A stretch of DNA of 64,000 bases, from the NCBI GenBank assembly GCA_950097015.1, contig CATNEN010000029.1:7378001-7442000 (forward strand), in the 5' to 3' direction. The first letter of the stretch is position 1, and every line of letters starts with the position of its first letter. The DNA is from Macrostomum hystrix (lineage: Eukaryota > Animalia > Platyhelminthes). Positions 11,985 through 23,834 of the stretch are shown here, piece after piece. The notes below the pieces were generated by a model. It made no database searches. It was not told where the DNA came from and saw only the letters and a program-made list of their open reading frames with translations. The translations under genes and the position numbers were made by a program.

Positions 11985-13230
11985 TTTATGATTCTTATCC
12001 CTTCTCAGTCATTCTTATCGCTTCCCAATCATTCTTATCCCTTCTCAGTCATTCTTATCGCTTCCCAATCATTCTTATCCCTTCTTGATCATTCTTATCG
12101 CTTCTTATCCCTTCTCAATCATTCTTATCCCTTCTCAGTCATTCTTATCCCTTCTCAATCATTCTTATCCCTTCTCAGTCATTCTTATCCCTTCTCAATC
12201 ATTCTTATCCCTTCTCAATCATTCTTATCCCTTCTTGATCATTCTTATCGCTTCTTATCCCTTCTCAATCATTCTTATCCCTTCTCAGTCATTCTTATCC
12301 CTTCTCAATCATTCTTATCCCTTCTCAGTCATTCTTATCCCTTCTCAATCATTCTTATCCCTTCTCAATCATTCTTATCCCTTCTTGATCATTCTTATCG
12401 CTTCTTATCCCTTCTCAATCATTCTTATCCCTTCTCAGTCATTCTTATCCCTTCTCAATCATTCTTATCCCTTCTCAATCATTCTTATCCCTTCTCAGTC
12501 ATTCTTATCCCTTCTCAGTCATTCTTATCCCTTCTCAATCATTCTTATCCCTTCTCAATCATTCTTATCCCTTCTTGATCATTCTTATCGCTTCTTATCC
12601 CTTCTCAATCATTCTTATCCCTTCTCAGTCATTCTTATCCCTTCTCAATCATTCTTATCCCTTCTCAATCATTCTTATCCCTTCTCAATCATTCTTATCC
12701 CTTCTTGATCATTCTTATCGCTTCTTATCCCTTCTCAATCATTCTTATCCCTTCTCAGTCATTCTTATCCCTTCTCAATCATTCTTATCCCTTCTCAATC
12801 ATTCTTATCCCTTCTCAATCATTCTTATCCCTTCTTGATCATTCTTATCGCTTCTTATCCCTTCTCAATCATTCTTATCCCTTCTCAGTCATTCTTATCC
12901 CTTCTCAGTCATTCTTATCCCTTCTCAATCATTCTTATCCCTTCTCAGTCATTCTTATCCCTTCTCAATCATTCTTATCCCTTCTCAGTCATTCTTATCC
13001 CTTCTCAGTCATTCTTATCCCTTCTCAATCATTCTTATCCCTTCTCAGTCATTCTTATCCCTTCTCAGTCATTCTTATCCCTTCTCAATCATTCTTATCC
13101 CTTCTTGATCATTCTTATCGCTTCTTATCCCTTCTCAATCATTCTTATCCCTTCTCAATCATTCTTATCCCTTCTTGATCATTCTTATCGCTTCTTAATC
13201 ATTCTTATCGCTTCTTATCCCTTCCCACCT
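11985..13230. repeat. 20-bp minisatellite (TCATTCTTATCCCTTCTCAR) with 10-bp variants
   Basis: Direct reading. Confidence 0.97.
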
Positions 13231-13477
13231 ATTCCTATCCTTTCCAGACATTCCTGTCTCTTCCTAACTACAATTATCACTTACCTTCCCAATTATTCCT
13301 TTCCCTTTGCAAATCACCGTTATCCCTTCACGATCGTCCCTATCCTTCGCCAGTAACAATTTCCCTTTACAATCATACTTAACCGCCTGGCAATTGAAAA
13401 CTATTGAGCTGAAATTGCCAACCACAGCATTAAAATTTTCATGAGCAGCCTAGTCCAAACTTTCAGCCTTCTGAAAC

Positions 13478-15208
13478 ATGGCTGCACTGCTATCCCTGCT
13501 ACCCCTGCTGTTTTCCATCGCTGTCGCGGAGCCATTTGTCTACAACTGCAGCAGCGAGTCAAGCTCAGCCATAAACTCGTACTTTCCCAGTGAGAAGCGG
13601 TTCGCTCTGCGGCTGACAACCGGCGGTTCTATTCGCAGCTGTTCCGCCCAGTTCATTAACATCCGCCTTGCTTCCGCCTATTTTTACATCCGCGTCAATG
13701 GCAGCCTCTCGTGGCCCAACTCGCTGCTGAGCCTTAGCAGCTCCGGGTCCACCAGCGAACCTCTCGCCAGCCTGACTAAATCCAACCAGACTGTCTACCA
13801 GGCGTTCGCCACTCCAGGCGCCAGCCTCTACGCTAAACTGTCCTCATCTTCCAGCGAGTCAATTCTGCTGGACATTGAAACCGTACACGGCTGTCCGTCC
13901 TGGTGGGTCTCCTACGGCAAGGAGTGCTACGGCTCCGTTCTGCCCGGCGTCGTCTCGCGAAGCTTTGAAAATGCCGCCGCCGCCTGCAAGATGGTGCGAG
14001 CCAACCTGGCTTTGAGCTTCGCATCGCCGGCTGTGTTGGGCTTTGCTGTTAGAAATTCAGGCTGGTCCAACAGCGAGCCTGTCTGGATTGGCGCCGCTGA
14101 CACCTCTTCTGGGTTGTACTTCCTTGATGGCAGCAAGTTCTCAGTCAGGTGAGACAGCTCACAGGGTGTGTAATCCTTTCAGGTGAGACAGCTCACAGGG
14201 TGTGTAATCCTTTCTCAGTCAGGTGAGACAGCTCACAGGGTGTGTAATCCTTTCTCAGTCAGGTGAGACAGCTAACAGGGTGTGTAATCCTTTCTCAGTC
14301 AGGTGAGACAGCTCACAGGGTGTGTAATCCTTTCAGGTGAGACAGCTCACAGGGTGTGTAATCCTTTCTCAGTCAGGTGAGACAGCTCACAGGGTGTGTA
14401 ATCCTTTCAGGTGAGACAGCTCACAGGGTGTGTAATCCTTTCTCAGTCAGGTGAGACAGCTCACAGGGTGTGTAATCCTTTCTCAGTCAGGTGAGACAGC
14501 TCACAGGGTGTGTAATCCTTTCTCAGTTTGGTAGCTTATAGGGGTCTAATCTCATAGCCAAATGAGATCCCACACTTAACTGGGATCTGATCAAAATTTC
14601 TACAGCTCCAGCAGCAGATTGACTTTCTCCGGGTCGAGTGCCAGCAAGTACAGCTGCGAAACTGGCAGCTGCCGCTGTGTGTACTATCGCGCCGGCTCGT
14701 ACTACAGACAGTACTGTAGCCAGTACATGCGCTACCTGTGCAGCAACAGAATTGGCGGCGACGAGTTGTATTACAGTCTGGACACGCTGGACGCTCTGCT
14801 GGATAGCCAGACCACCTTCGTCTATCCGTACTGGGCCATCAGCCTGATCATCGGTTTCATCTGCCTCGTGGTGGTTGTCAGCACACGCCTGGTGTTCTAT
14901 CATCGCGCCGTCATGGCTCAGAGGAGTCGGAGCGCAGCCGCCATCAATGCCGCCGCCAGGTCGGGCCCGGCTCCGCCACCCGGCAGCTACCCGGTGCAGC
15001 CACCGCCGTCGGCCTATCAAAACTTGGCCTTCTATCATCCCGCAGCTGGCGGGCTGGAACAGCCACTGCCGCCAGCATACCAGGCCCGGCCTGAGCAGCA
15101 GCAGCAGCCTCAGCAGCTACCGCTGGCGCTAGTTGGAGCAACTGGCCAAAATGAAGACGATGACGAGAAGCCGCCGCCGTACGATTTTGCGACAGCTCCG
15201 CTAACATC

Positions 15209-15242
<34 letters not shown>
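13478..15242 (+). CDS. Receptor paralog 2: join(13478..14148,14606..15242), about 435 aa
   Basis: Signal peptide MAALLSLLPLLFSIAVA; CPSWW...CY, WIG, YLCS; TM YWAISLIIGFICLVVVV; PPGSY and PPPY tail ending in polyQ. Phase-2 intron. Confidence 0.87.
14139..14526. repeat. 40/34-bp tandem repeat containing the splice donor (CAG|GTGAGACAGCTCACAGGGTGTGTAATCCTTT[CTCAGT]), 10 copies
   Basis: GT positions at 14149, 14183, 14223, 14263, 14303, 14337, 14377, 14411, 14451 and 14491. Confidence 0.95.
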
Positions 15243-15245
15243 CAA

Positions 15246-15287
<42 letters not shown>

Positions 15288-15306
15288 TAACAGCAGCAGC
15301 AACAGC
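15210..15306 (+). repeat. (CAG/CAA)n microsatellite spanning the paralog 2 stop, interrupted by two in-frame TAA
   Basis: Direct reading. Confidence 0.9.
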
Positions 15307-15784
15307 GTTATTGAAGTAATTGGAGTGATAATAAAAGACAGTTTTGTTTGATGTATTAAAAGTTTTAAACTTACAAATCAGCTAAAAAAATACTAGTATC
15401 ACAGCATGGAGCTCGTTACTTTTTAAATTGCATTATTAGTTTCTTAGTTTTTTATTTTCTGCCTTTTTATTATCATTTATTAAAAAAAAATTTTTAAATA
15501 ACATTTTTTTACTTCAGACAAATTCGATTTAAATTTAGCTAAACTATACAAAGCTGTGTCACTTTGCAAAAAAGTGCTGAACCATTGCTCTTAGTTAGAA
15601 TTCAGTTTTCCCCAATGAGTATTCTTGTATGGTCAAGCCATCTACATACTGCCTTATTATGCTATGTGTATAAAAATATATTTATCTGGTTTCTTTTGTG
15701 TATTGTACAGTAGCTGCAAACAAACAAAACAGCTTATAAAATTTGTACTCTCTGCCACATTCCTGATAAAAAGAAGTAAAAGTG

Positions 15785-15880
15785 TCATGAACTCGGTCAT
15801 CGTGCGTCATGAGCTTGGCATCGTGTGTCATGAACTTGTTCATTGTGTTTCATGAACTGGGTCATCGTGCATCATGACCG
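15785..15880. repeat. Short array of the 22-bp TCATCGTGTGTCATGAACTTGG family
   Basis: Same unit as 20040-21260. Confidence 0.8.
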
Positions 15881-16096
15881 TGTGACGGTCTTTCATGTCT
15901 TGTTCACTTAGTCACTCTACGTGGAGCAGTCATTCATTCAACAAATCAACAAACGCATCGAAGGAATGAAAAAAGCAAAAGATGGCATCTATCAGAGTTG
16001 CTAAAGCAGCATTTCACATTTATCTACAGCTGGCATCTCACCGCACTTTGCTTTCAGCGCTGCAGCCCGTAGGACCTGTTGGAGTCAGTGGCAGCG

Positions 16097-17934
16097 ATGT
16101 GGCTGCTTGATTCTCCGCTGTTCCTGCTGCTCATCGTGCTCAACACGGCCTCCAGCCGGACTGCGGTGTACAACTGCTCATCGGCGAGTCAGCCGCCCTC
16201 GGTGACAGTCGGGTCCGGCAGCTTCGGGCTCCGGCTTCAGCTGACTGTGGCGAGCCGGCTGTGCCACATTCAGCTGATTGGCGGAGGCAGCGGCTACTTC
16301 TTCGTCAGGCTGAACGGCAGTCTGGCCTCGCGCTACTCGCAGCTGAGCCTGAGCTCCGGCTATCAGGGATCCGCGGTGGCCTCCGTGACCGTCGACAGCC
16401 AGGCGGCCTACCGAGCGTTCGCCACCGAGTCCAGCCGGTTGTACGCATCGCTGAGCAGCAGCTCGGCCAGCACTGAGGACAGCATGCTGCTGACTGTGCA
16501 GCTGGTCAGCCAGTGTCCCAGCGGCTGGGCCGTCAGCTCCGGCAGGTGCTACGGCGCGACCTCCGTCAGCGGCGCTGCGGTCAGCTTTTCCGATGCCGTG
16601 ACTGCGTGCAAGTACGTCAGGGCCAACCTGGCCTTGGGCTTCTCGGACGTCAACGCCACGCTTGGCTCTGCGATGCGGCTGGCGGGCTGGCCACAGGATC
16701 GCACCGTCTGGGTCGGGGCGGCCGTCCGGGCTAATGGGGCCGCTTATTTTCTCAACTACGCCATGTTCTCACATTCTATGTGAGTAGCTCTGTTTGCCTA
16801 CTGTTTTATGGTATGCTTTGCACTGAGGGAGTGGTTAGAGCTTTTGACTTCTAATGAAAGGTTGTGGGTTCGAATCTCAACTTGAATCCCCCGGATTCGG
16901 TTCACCCAGCTGTAAAATGGGTACCAGATTATCTAACAGAATATCATTGTCTAACATTTTGTCTAAGAAAATATCGTATCTAACAGATTAACTAACATGC
17001 TATCATGTCTAACAGATTGTCTAACAGAATATCTTGTCTAACAGATTATCTAACATGATACCATGTCTAACAGATTATCAAACAGGATATCATGTCTGAC
17101 AGATTATCTAACATAATATCATTTCTAACAGATTATCTAACAGAATACCATGTTTAGCAGATTATATAACAGATTATCATGTCTAACAGATTGTCTAACA
17201 GAATATCGTATCTAACAGATTATCTAACAGGCTATCGTGTTTAACAGATTATCTAACATAATATCATTTCTAACAGATTATCTAACATAATATCATTTCT
17301 AACAGATTATCTAACATAATATCATTTCTAACAGATTATCTAACAGGATATCATGTCTAACAGATTAGTAGATTATTAGTAGATAATAGATTAGTATATC
17401 TCTAATCTACCCTATTATTATCCAACTGAAGCCCCTCACTCCCCATCCCGCAGTTCCGCCAGCAACCGGCAGTCATGCGCGGGCCTTTCCACGCGAGACT
17501 GCCGCTGCCTGACCTACAACGGCGAGTTCAGCATAGAGCCGTGCTCAGCCCAACTGTCCTATCTGTGCAGCTGCAACATCGGTGGTGACTATAAGTTCTA
17601 TTCGCTGTTCAGACGGCGATCGCACAGGACCAACCGCGCCCGGGTGATCGCCGCCGTTGTCCTGACTATTGCTGCCGCCTCCGCTGTGGTCAGTTTTAGC
17701 GCGAAACTACGCGAGAAACTTCTTGCCAGGCGGTCTGTCGTCGCTGCCGCCGATGTCAGGCCTGTTGCTATGGTAACGCTGAATCACAACGCGGAACCGC
17801 CATCGTTGTCTTCTGCCGCTACTGCTGCTACTACTGCAGCGGCGACAGAATTCGAAGCTGATAACTATGACGACCAGTTGCCTAGTTACGAAGAAGCCGT
17901 CACATGTGGCACCAGCGGAGTCGAACCAGACTGA
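16097..17934 (+). CDS. Receptor paralog 3: join(16097..16779,17454..17934), about 387 aa
   Basis: Signal peptide MWLLDSPLFLLLIVLNTASS; CPSGW...CY, WVG, YLCS; TM VIAAVVLTIAAASAVVSFSA; tail LPSYEEAV. Phase-2 intron AT|GTGAGT...CCCGCAG|T. Confidence 0.85.
16820..16926 (+). mobile_element. tRNA-derived SINE-like fragment in the paralog 3 intron
   Basis: A-box-like GAGTGGTTAGAG, B-box GGTTCGAATC, then CACCCAGCTGTAAAATGGGTACC, a core motif recalled from many metazoan SINEs. No complete tRNA cloverleaf seen. Confidence 0.6.
16927..17390. repeat. About 29-bp minisatellite (CTAACAGATTATCTAACATAATATCATKT)
   Basis: Direct reading. Confidence 0.88.
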
Positions 17935-18509
17935 TGCCGCGAAAGCAGACTGCTGAAAGATCTTGCAGTTCAGGGTTTTTGTTTTTTAGTTTCTTAGCTT
18001 TTACTTAAAGGACCTTATTTTGTAATAAAATGTATTTGTCTATCACAGGCGTGCTTGATTTTGTTATTCTATCTGTCTGCCTTTTTCAGATTTTGCCTTT
18101 CAGTGTTGTGCCTTACTGTGATTTATCAAGAAGCAAGCAGCATATTTTAACAGATTGTTGTTTTTATACAATTTTATTTGTTAAAGAATTTCATATATTG
18201 TCTTTTTCTATCGATGAATCTTGCCAAATTGTATATTTGTTTTACTGAACTTTTTGCAGCCAAAAGGTCTCATAATTGGAGCCTATACAGTGCAATAGAA
18301 TTCGTCTATTTTGAGTGTCTCAAAATTTCCTTTCTTTTTTACCCATTTATTCTACTATCAATTGAAAAAAATTGTCGCTGTGAAAATTTAGCAAGAGATT
18401 AAAAAATTACTTTAAATCCGTGCTCCTTTCTTTTACCTGCAACATAGAAAATAGAATAGAAATGAAACATGACCCATTTAGGCCACTGTACACTGTAGTT
18501 CTCCAGTTT

Positions 18510-19445
18510 CCCCGTGGTTTCCCCTGGTTTCCCTTGGTTTCCCTTGGTTTCCCCTCGGTTTCCCCTTGTTGTCATGTGGTTTCCCTCGGTTTCCCTTGGT
18601 TTTCCTTGGTTTCCCTTCGGTTTCCCCTTGGTGTCATATGGATTCCCCTTGGTGTCATATGGATTCCCCCTGGTGTCATATGGTTTCCCCTTGGTGTCAT
18701 ATGGTTTTCCCTTGGTGTCATATGGATTCCCCCTGGTGTCATATGGTTTCCCCTTGGTGTCATATGGTTTTCCCTTGGTGTCATATGGATTCCCCTTGGT
18801 GTCATATGGATTCCCCCTGGTGTCATATGGTTTCCCCTTGGTGTCATATGGTTTCCCCTTGGTGTCATATGGTTTCCCCTTGGTGTCATATGGTTTTCCC
18901 TTGGTGTCATATGGTTTCCCCTTGGTGTCATATGGATTCCCCCTGGTGTCATATGGATTCCCCTTGGTGTCATATGGATTCCCCCTGGTGTCATATGGTT
19001 TCCCCTTGGTGTCATATGGTTTTCCCTTGGTGTCATATGGTTTTCCCTTGGTGTCATATGGATTCCCCCTGGTGTCATATGGTTTCCCCTTGGTGTCATA
19101 TGGTTTTCCCTTGGTGTCATATGGATTCCCCTTGGTGTCATATGGATTCCCCCTGGTGTCATATGGTTTCCCCTTGGTGTCATATGGTTTTCCCTTGGTG
19201 TCAAATGGATTCCCCTTGGTGTCATATGGTTTCCCCTTGGTGTCATATGGTTTCCCCTTGGTGTCATATGGTTTCCCCTTGGTGTCATATGGTTTCCCCT
19301 TGGTATCATATGGTTTCCCCTTGGTATCATATGGTTTCCCCTTGGTGTCATATGGTTTTCCCTTGGTGTCATATGGTTTTCCCTTGGTGTCATATGGATT
19401 CCCCTTGGTGTCATATGGTTTCCCCTTGGTGTCATATGGTTTCCC
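18510..19445. repeat. 21-bp minisatellite (GGTTTCCCCTTGGTGTCATAT)
   Basis: Direct reading. Confidence 0.97.
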
Positions 19446-19449
19446 CATA

Positions 19450-19715
19450 TGACGGGATGGATTAATGACCAACAACAATGACGGGATTGATTATTGACCA
19501 ACAACAATGACGGGATTGATTATTGACCAACAACAATGACGGGATTGATTAATGACCAACAACAATGACGGGATTGATTATTGACCAACAACAATGACGG
19601 GATTGATTAATGACCAACAACAATGACGGGATTGATTAATGACCAACGACAATGACGGAATTGATTAATGACCAACGACAATGACGGAATTGATTAATGA
19701 CCAACGACAATGACC
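19450..19715. repeat. 29-bp minisatellite (ACAATGACGGGATTGATTAATGACCAACA)
   Basis: Direct reading; related to 22885-23225. Confidence 0.92.
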
Positions 19716-20039
19716 GGATCATTTCGATATGAATTTAGCCGAGTGCTTTAATTTTAAAGTTAAGCGAAAGGTTAAAACGACACAGATGTGATTTGAAATA
19801 ACAACCTGTCAGTCAGGTATATTATTTTAGAGATTGCATAATAACATAGAGTAGCTTTATTTTACCATTTTAAGGACTTTATCAAGCAAAAAAATCGTTT
19901 CGTTATTTTTCTTTTGTTCCAAGCTAGTTACTAATTTTTAAGCACTTTTTAAGTCGTTCAGTTTTTTGTCAAAGGCGCGGCCTTGGATACTTCCAATTTC
20001 GCTCAATTAATTAAAGCAGTTTATAAAAAGATAATCCTA

Positions 20040-21260
20040 ATCGTGTGTCATGAACTGGGTCATCGTGTGTCATTAACTTGGTCATCGTGTGTCATGAACT
20101 GGGTCATCGTGTGTCATTAATTTGGTCATCGTGTGTCATGAACTGGGTCATCGTGTGTCATAAATTTGGTCATCGTGTGTCATTAACTTGGTCATCGTGT
20201 GTCATGAACTGGGTCATCGTGTGTCATGAACTGGGTCATCGTGTGTCATGAACTTGGTAATCGTGTGTCATGAACTTGGTCATCGTGTGTCATGAACTTG
20301 GTCATCGTGTGTCATAAACTTGGTCATCGTGTGTCATGAACTGGGTCATCGTGTGTCATGAACTTGGTCATCGTGTGTCATGAACTTGGTCATCGTGTGT
20401 CATAAATTTGGTCATCGTGTGTCATGAACTGGGTCATCGTTTGTCATTAACTTGGTGATCGTGTGTCATTAACATGGTCATCGTGTGTCATTAACTTGGT
20501 GATCGTGTGTCATTAACTTGGTCATCGTGTGTCATAAATTTGGTCATCGTGTGTCATGAACTTGGTCATCGTGTGTCATTAACTTGGTTATCGTGTGTCA
20601 TTAACTTGGTCATCGTGTGTCATGAACTGGGTCATCGTGTGTCATTAACTTGGTGATCGTGTGTCATAAATTTGGTCATCGTGTGTCATGAACTTGGTCA
20701 TCGTGTGTCATGAACTTGGTCATCGTGTGTCATTAACTTGGTGATCGTGTGTCATTAACTTGGTGATCGTGTGTCATTAACTTGGTGATCGTGTGCCATT
20801 AACTTGGTCATCGTGTGTCATTAACTTGGTGATCGTGTGTCATTAACTTGGTCATCCTGTGTCATTAACTTGGTGATCGTGTGTCATTAACTTGGTCATC
20901 CTGTATCATTAACTTGGTGATCGTGTGTCATTAACTTGGTCATCGTGTGTCATTAACTTGGTGATCGTGTGTCATTAACTTGGTCATCGTGTGTCATGAA
21001 CTTGGTCATCGTGTGTCATTAACTGGGTCATCGTGTGTCATGAACTTGGTCATCGTGTGTCATGAACTTGGTCATCGTGTGTCATGAACTTGGTCATCGT
21101 GTGTCATAAATTTGGTCATCGTGTGTCATGAACTGGGTCATCGTGTGTCATGAACTTGGTCATCGTGTGTCATGAACTTGGTCATCGTGTTTCATAAATT
21201 TGGTCATCGTGTGTCATGAACTGGGTCATCGTGTCATGAACTTGGTCATCGTGTGTCATG
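20040..21260. repeat. 22-bp minisatellite (TCATCGTGTGTCATGAACTTGG), about 55 copies
   Basis: Direct reading. Confidence 0.97.
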
Positions 21261-21373
21261 GTTATATTTTAGATTCCCCTTAGGCTGAAAAAACTCAGCA
21301 AGAACTAAGGCGCTTCTATTTCATGATTCATAATTAGATAATTTCGACTATCAAATCATTCCAGTCACACAGC

Positions 21374-22873
21374 ATGCGATCAAGAATGATGCATCAGCTG
21401 CTGCCCTGTTTGCTGCTGCTGCTTATTCCCAGATCAGCAATGTGTCAAGTCCGACACAGCTGCGGCAGTAACTCAAGCAGCCCGCCCAAAGTGACCTTAG
21501 GCGCCGTGCCAACACGATTTATTCTAGACCTGTCAATCACCAACGGCACAGACTGCCACATCAGAGTTAGCGGCTCCGCTGGAATGTACTTTTACATCCG
21601 GCTCAACAGCAGTCTGGAGATGGCAACCTCCGTGCTCATCTTGAGCTCCGATTTCGGACCGACTGGCGCCCCAGTCGGCTTGGTGACGAAATCCAACCAG
21701 ACTGTCTATCGGGCCTTCGCTACTACTGGCAGTAGCATGTACGCCCGCCTGACTGGCGGCTTTCCGGACAATGTCTCGCTGGAGGTCGAGCTCCTGTCCA
21801 GCACTAGCGCTTGCCCGACTGGCTGGAAGCTCAGCGGCGGCCTCTGCTACGGCGCTGCGCATCCGAGCAACTCGCCGGCAGCTTTCGCCGACGCCTCCGC
21901 CGGTTGTCGCTACGTGCGGGCCAATCTTGCTCTTCGCTTCACCGATGGCTCGGCAGCGCTGAGGGACGCCGTCCTGGCCGCTGGCTGGTCTGCCACCGAG
22001 CCAGTGTGGGTTGGTGTGGCGGACAGCAGCAAAGGCCTGTACTTTCTAGATGCATACGGATTCTTCTATAGGTGAGGCTGCCGCTGCCTCTTCCTCACAC
22101 CTGTTTCTTACCTGCACTCTACTATGACCTTCCCTAACCTCTACAATGACCTTCCCTACCCTCTACAATGACCTTCCCTACCCTTTACAATGACCTTCCC
22201 TACCCTCTACAATGTCATTCCCTACCCTCTACAATGACCTTCTCTACCCTCTACAATGACCTTCCCTACATTGTCCCTTAGATTCTGAAAGAAAATTCTA
22301 ATCGTCTTGAATTTCAGGTCCAGCAGCTCCGTGAAATTCTTCGCCTCAGGGTCTTACACGTGCGCAACCGGCAACTGTCGCTGTGTGTACACCATGGGCG
22401 GCGACTCATTCTACAGGCATTACTGCGTGCAGGCTTTGGTATATCTGTGCAGCAGAAAGCCAGGTGGTGACACCGCTTTCTACAGCCTGGAGACACTGGA
22501 CAAATCTGTGGGAGTTGCCACCACTGTTGTCTTCAGCCAGTACTGGATCATCGGCCTGATTGTCGGATTGATCTGTCTCGTAGTTGGCACCACCATTCGA
22601 GTCATCTGGTACCGTCGCGCTAGGGCGACTTCAAGAAGCCAGCAGGCCGCACTAGCCACCTACACTATGACCGATGACGGCGGAACAGCTTCCTACCTGC
22701 CCGCCGCGGTGCCAGTCAGCACTCACCTGACAGCTCCACCCGGCAGCTATCCGACCCAGCCTACCGGAGCCTATTATCAACCCGGCGCCGATGCCGACGA
22801 AGTCAAACCGCCGAACTACGACGAAGCGATTGCGCCGCCTGCCTACGATGCGGCCACGAATGGCGAGCATTGA
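21374..22873 (+). CDS. Receptor paralog 4: join(21374..22071,22318..22873), about 417 aa
   Basis: Signal peptide HQLLPCLLLLLIPRSAMC; CPTGW...CY, WVG, YLCS; TM YWIIGLIVGLICLVVGTTI; tail PPGSY, PPNY, PPAY. Phase-2 intron. Confidence 0.87.
22125..22270. repeat. 22-bp minisatellite (CTACAATGACCTTCCCTACCCT), paralog 4 intron
   Basis: Direct reading. Confidence 0.88.
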
Positions 22874-22884
22874 GTTGGGGATAA

Positions 22885-23225
22885 AGGACCAGGGGACAAT
22901 GACGGGACTGATGAAGGATCAGGGACAATGACGGGACTGATGAAGGACCAGGGACAATGACGGGACTGATGAAGGACCAGGGACAATGACGGGACTGATG
23001 AAGGACCAGGGACAATGACGGGACTGATGAAGGACCAGGTAGAATGACGGGACTGATGAAGGACCAGGGGGCAATGACGGGACTGATGAAGGACCAGGGA
23101 CAATGACGGGACTGATGAAGGACCAGGGGACAATGACGGGACTGATGAAGGACCAGGGACAATGACGGGACTGATGAAGGACCAGGGACAATGACGGGAC
23201 TGATAGGGGTGCCATGACGGGACTG
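22885..23225. repeat. 29-bp minisatellite (ACAATGACGGGACTGATGAAGGACCAGGG) directly after the paralog 4 stop
   Basis: Direct reading. Confidence 0.93.
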
Positions 23226-23834
23226 TTAAATGAGAATTTTTATGCTTTTGAAAGGATTTTTTTCGATTTGTTGTCAGCTGTTTCATGCCAAACAACTATT
23301 CAGTTTCAAGGTGGCTTTAACTGTCTAAATATACGATACTTTATGGATGTGTTCTTAGCGTTCTTGAATGCCATAACAATGAATACTCAAAACTTTTTGT
23401 TCTGCTTTGTAATTGCCTGTGATATAATCGATTTCTACAGCTAAACATGTATTGCTTGTCTGTTTTACGTAAATTGTACATACTTTATATAATATTTTCA
23501 GTTAGATGCCCTAACCATTCGATTCTCATCGAAGGAAAGAAGGAATTCAGGAAATATTTTTTTAATTTTCGTTTTTTGCTACGTTTAGTAGTGACTGATT
23601 TAAAGCGTTTTCGGAATGAATGAAATCTAATTTGTGGACTAAAACAAAGAAGACAATTTTCTTCCATTGTATTTTCTTAGCCAATCAATGTCTTCGGCAT
23701 TCCATTTTTTGTTTTATATATTTTTTCGATGCTTTTTTCTTTAAATAAAACAATACTTTCTTAGAAACTTAGTTTTTAACTTGCTTCTTTTTATTTGAAG
23801 AACTGGCAACATCACTTTGACTATTTACTCTTCT

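Noticed and set aside
16820-16880. Possible tRNA gene
   Set aside because: A/B boxes are present, but there is no complete acceptor stem and it continues into a SINE core.
18399-19507. ORFs such as (KGKPYDT)n and (PLVSYGF)n
   Set aside because: 21-bp repeat open in nearly all frames; no unique coding flanks.
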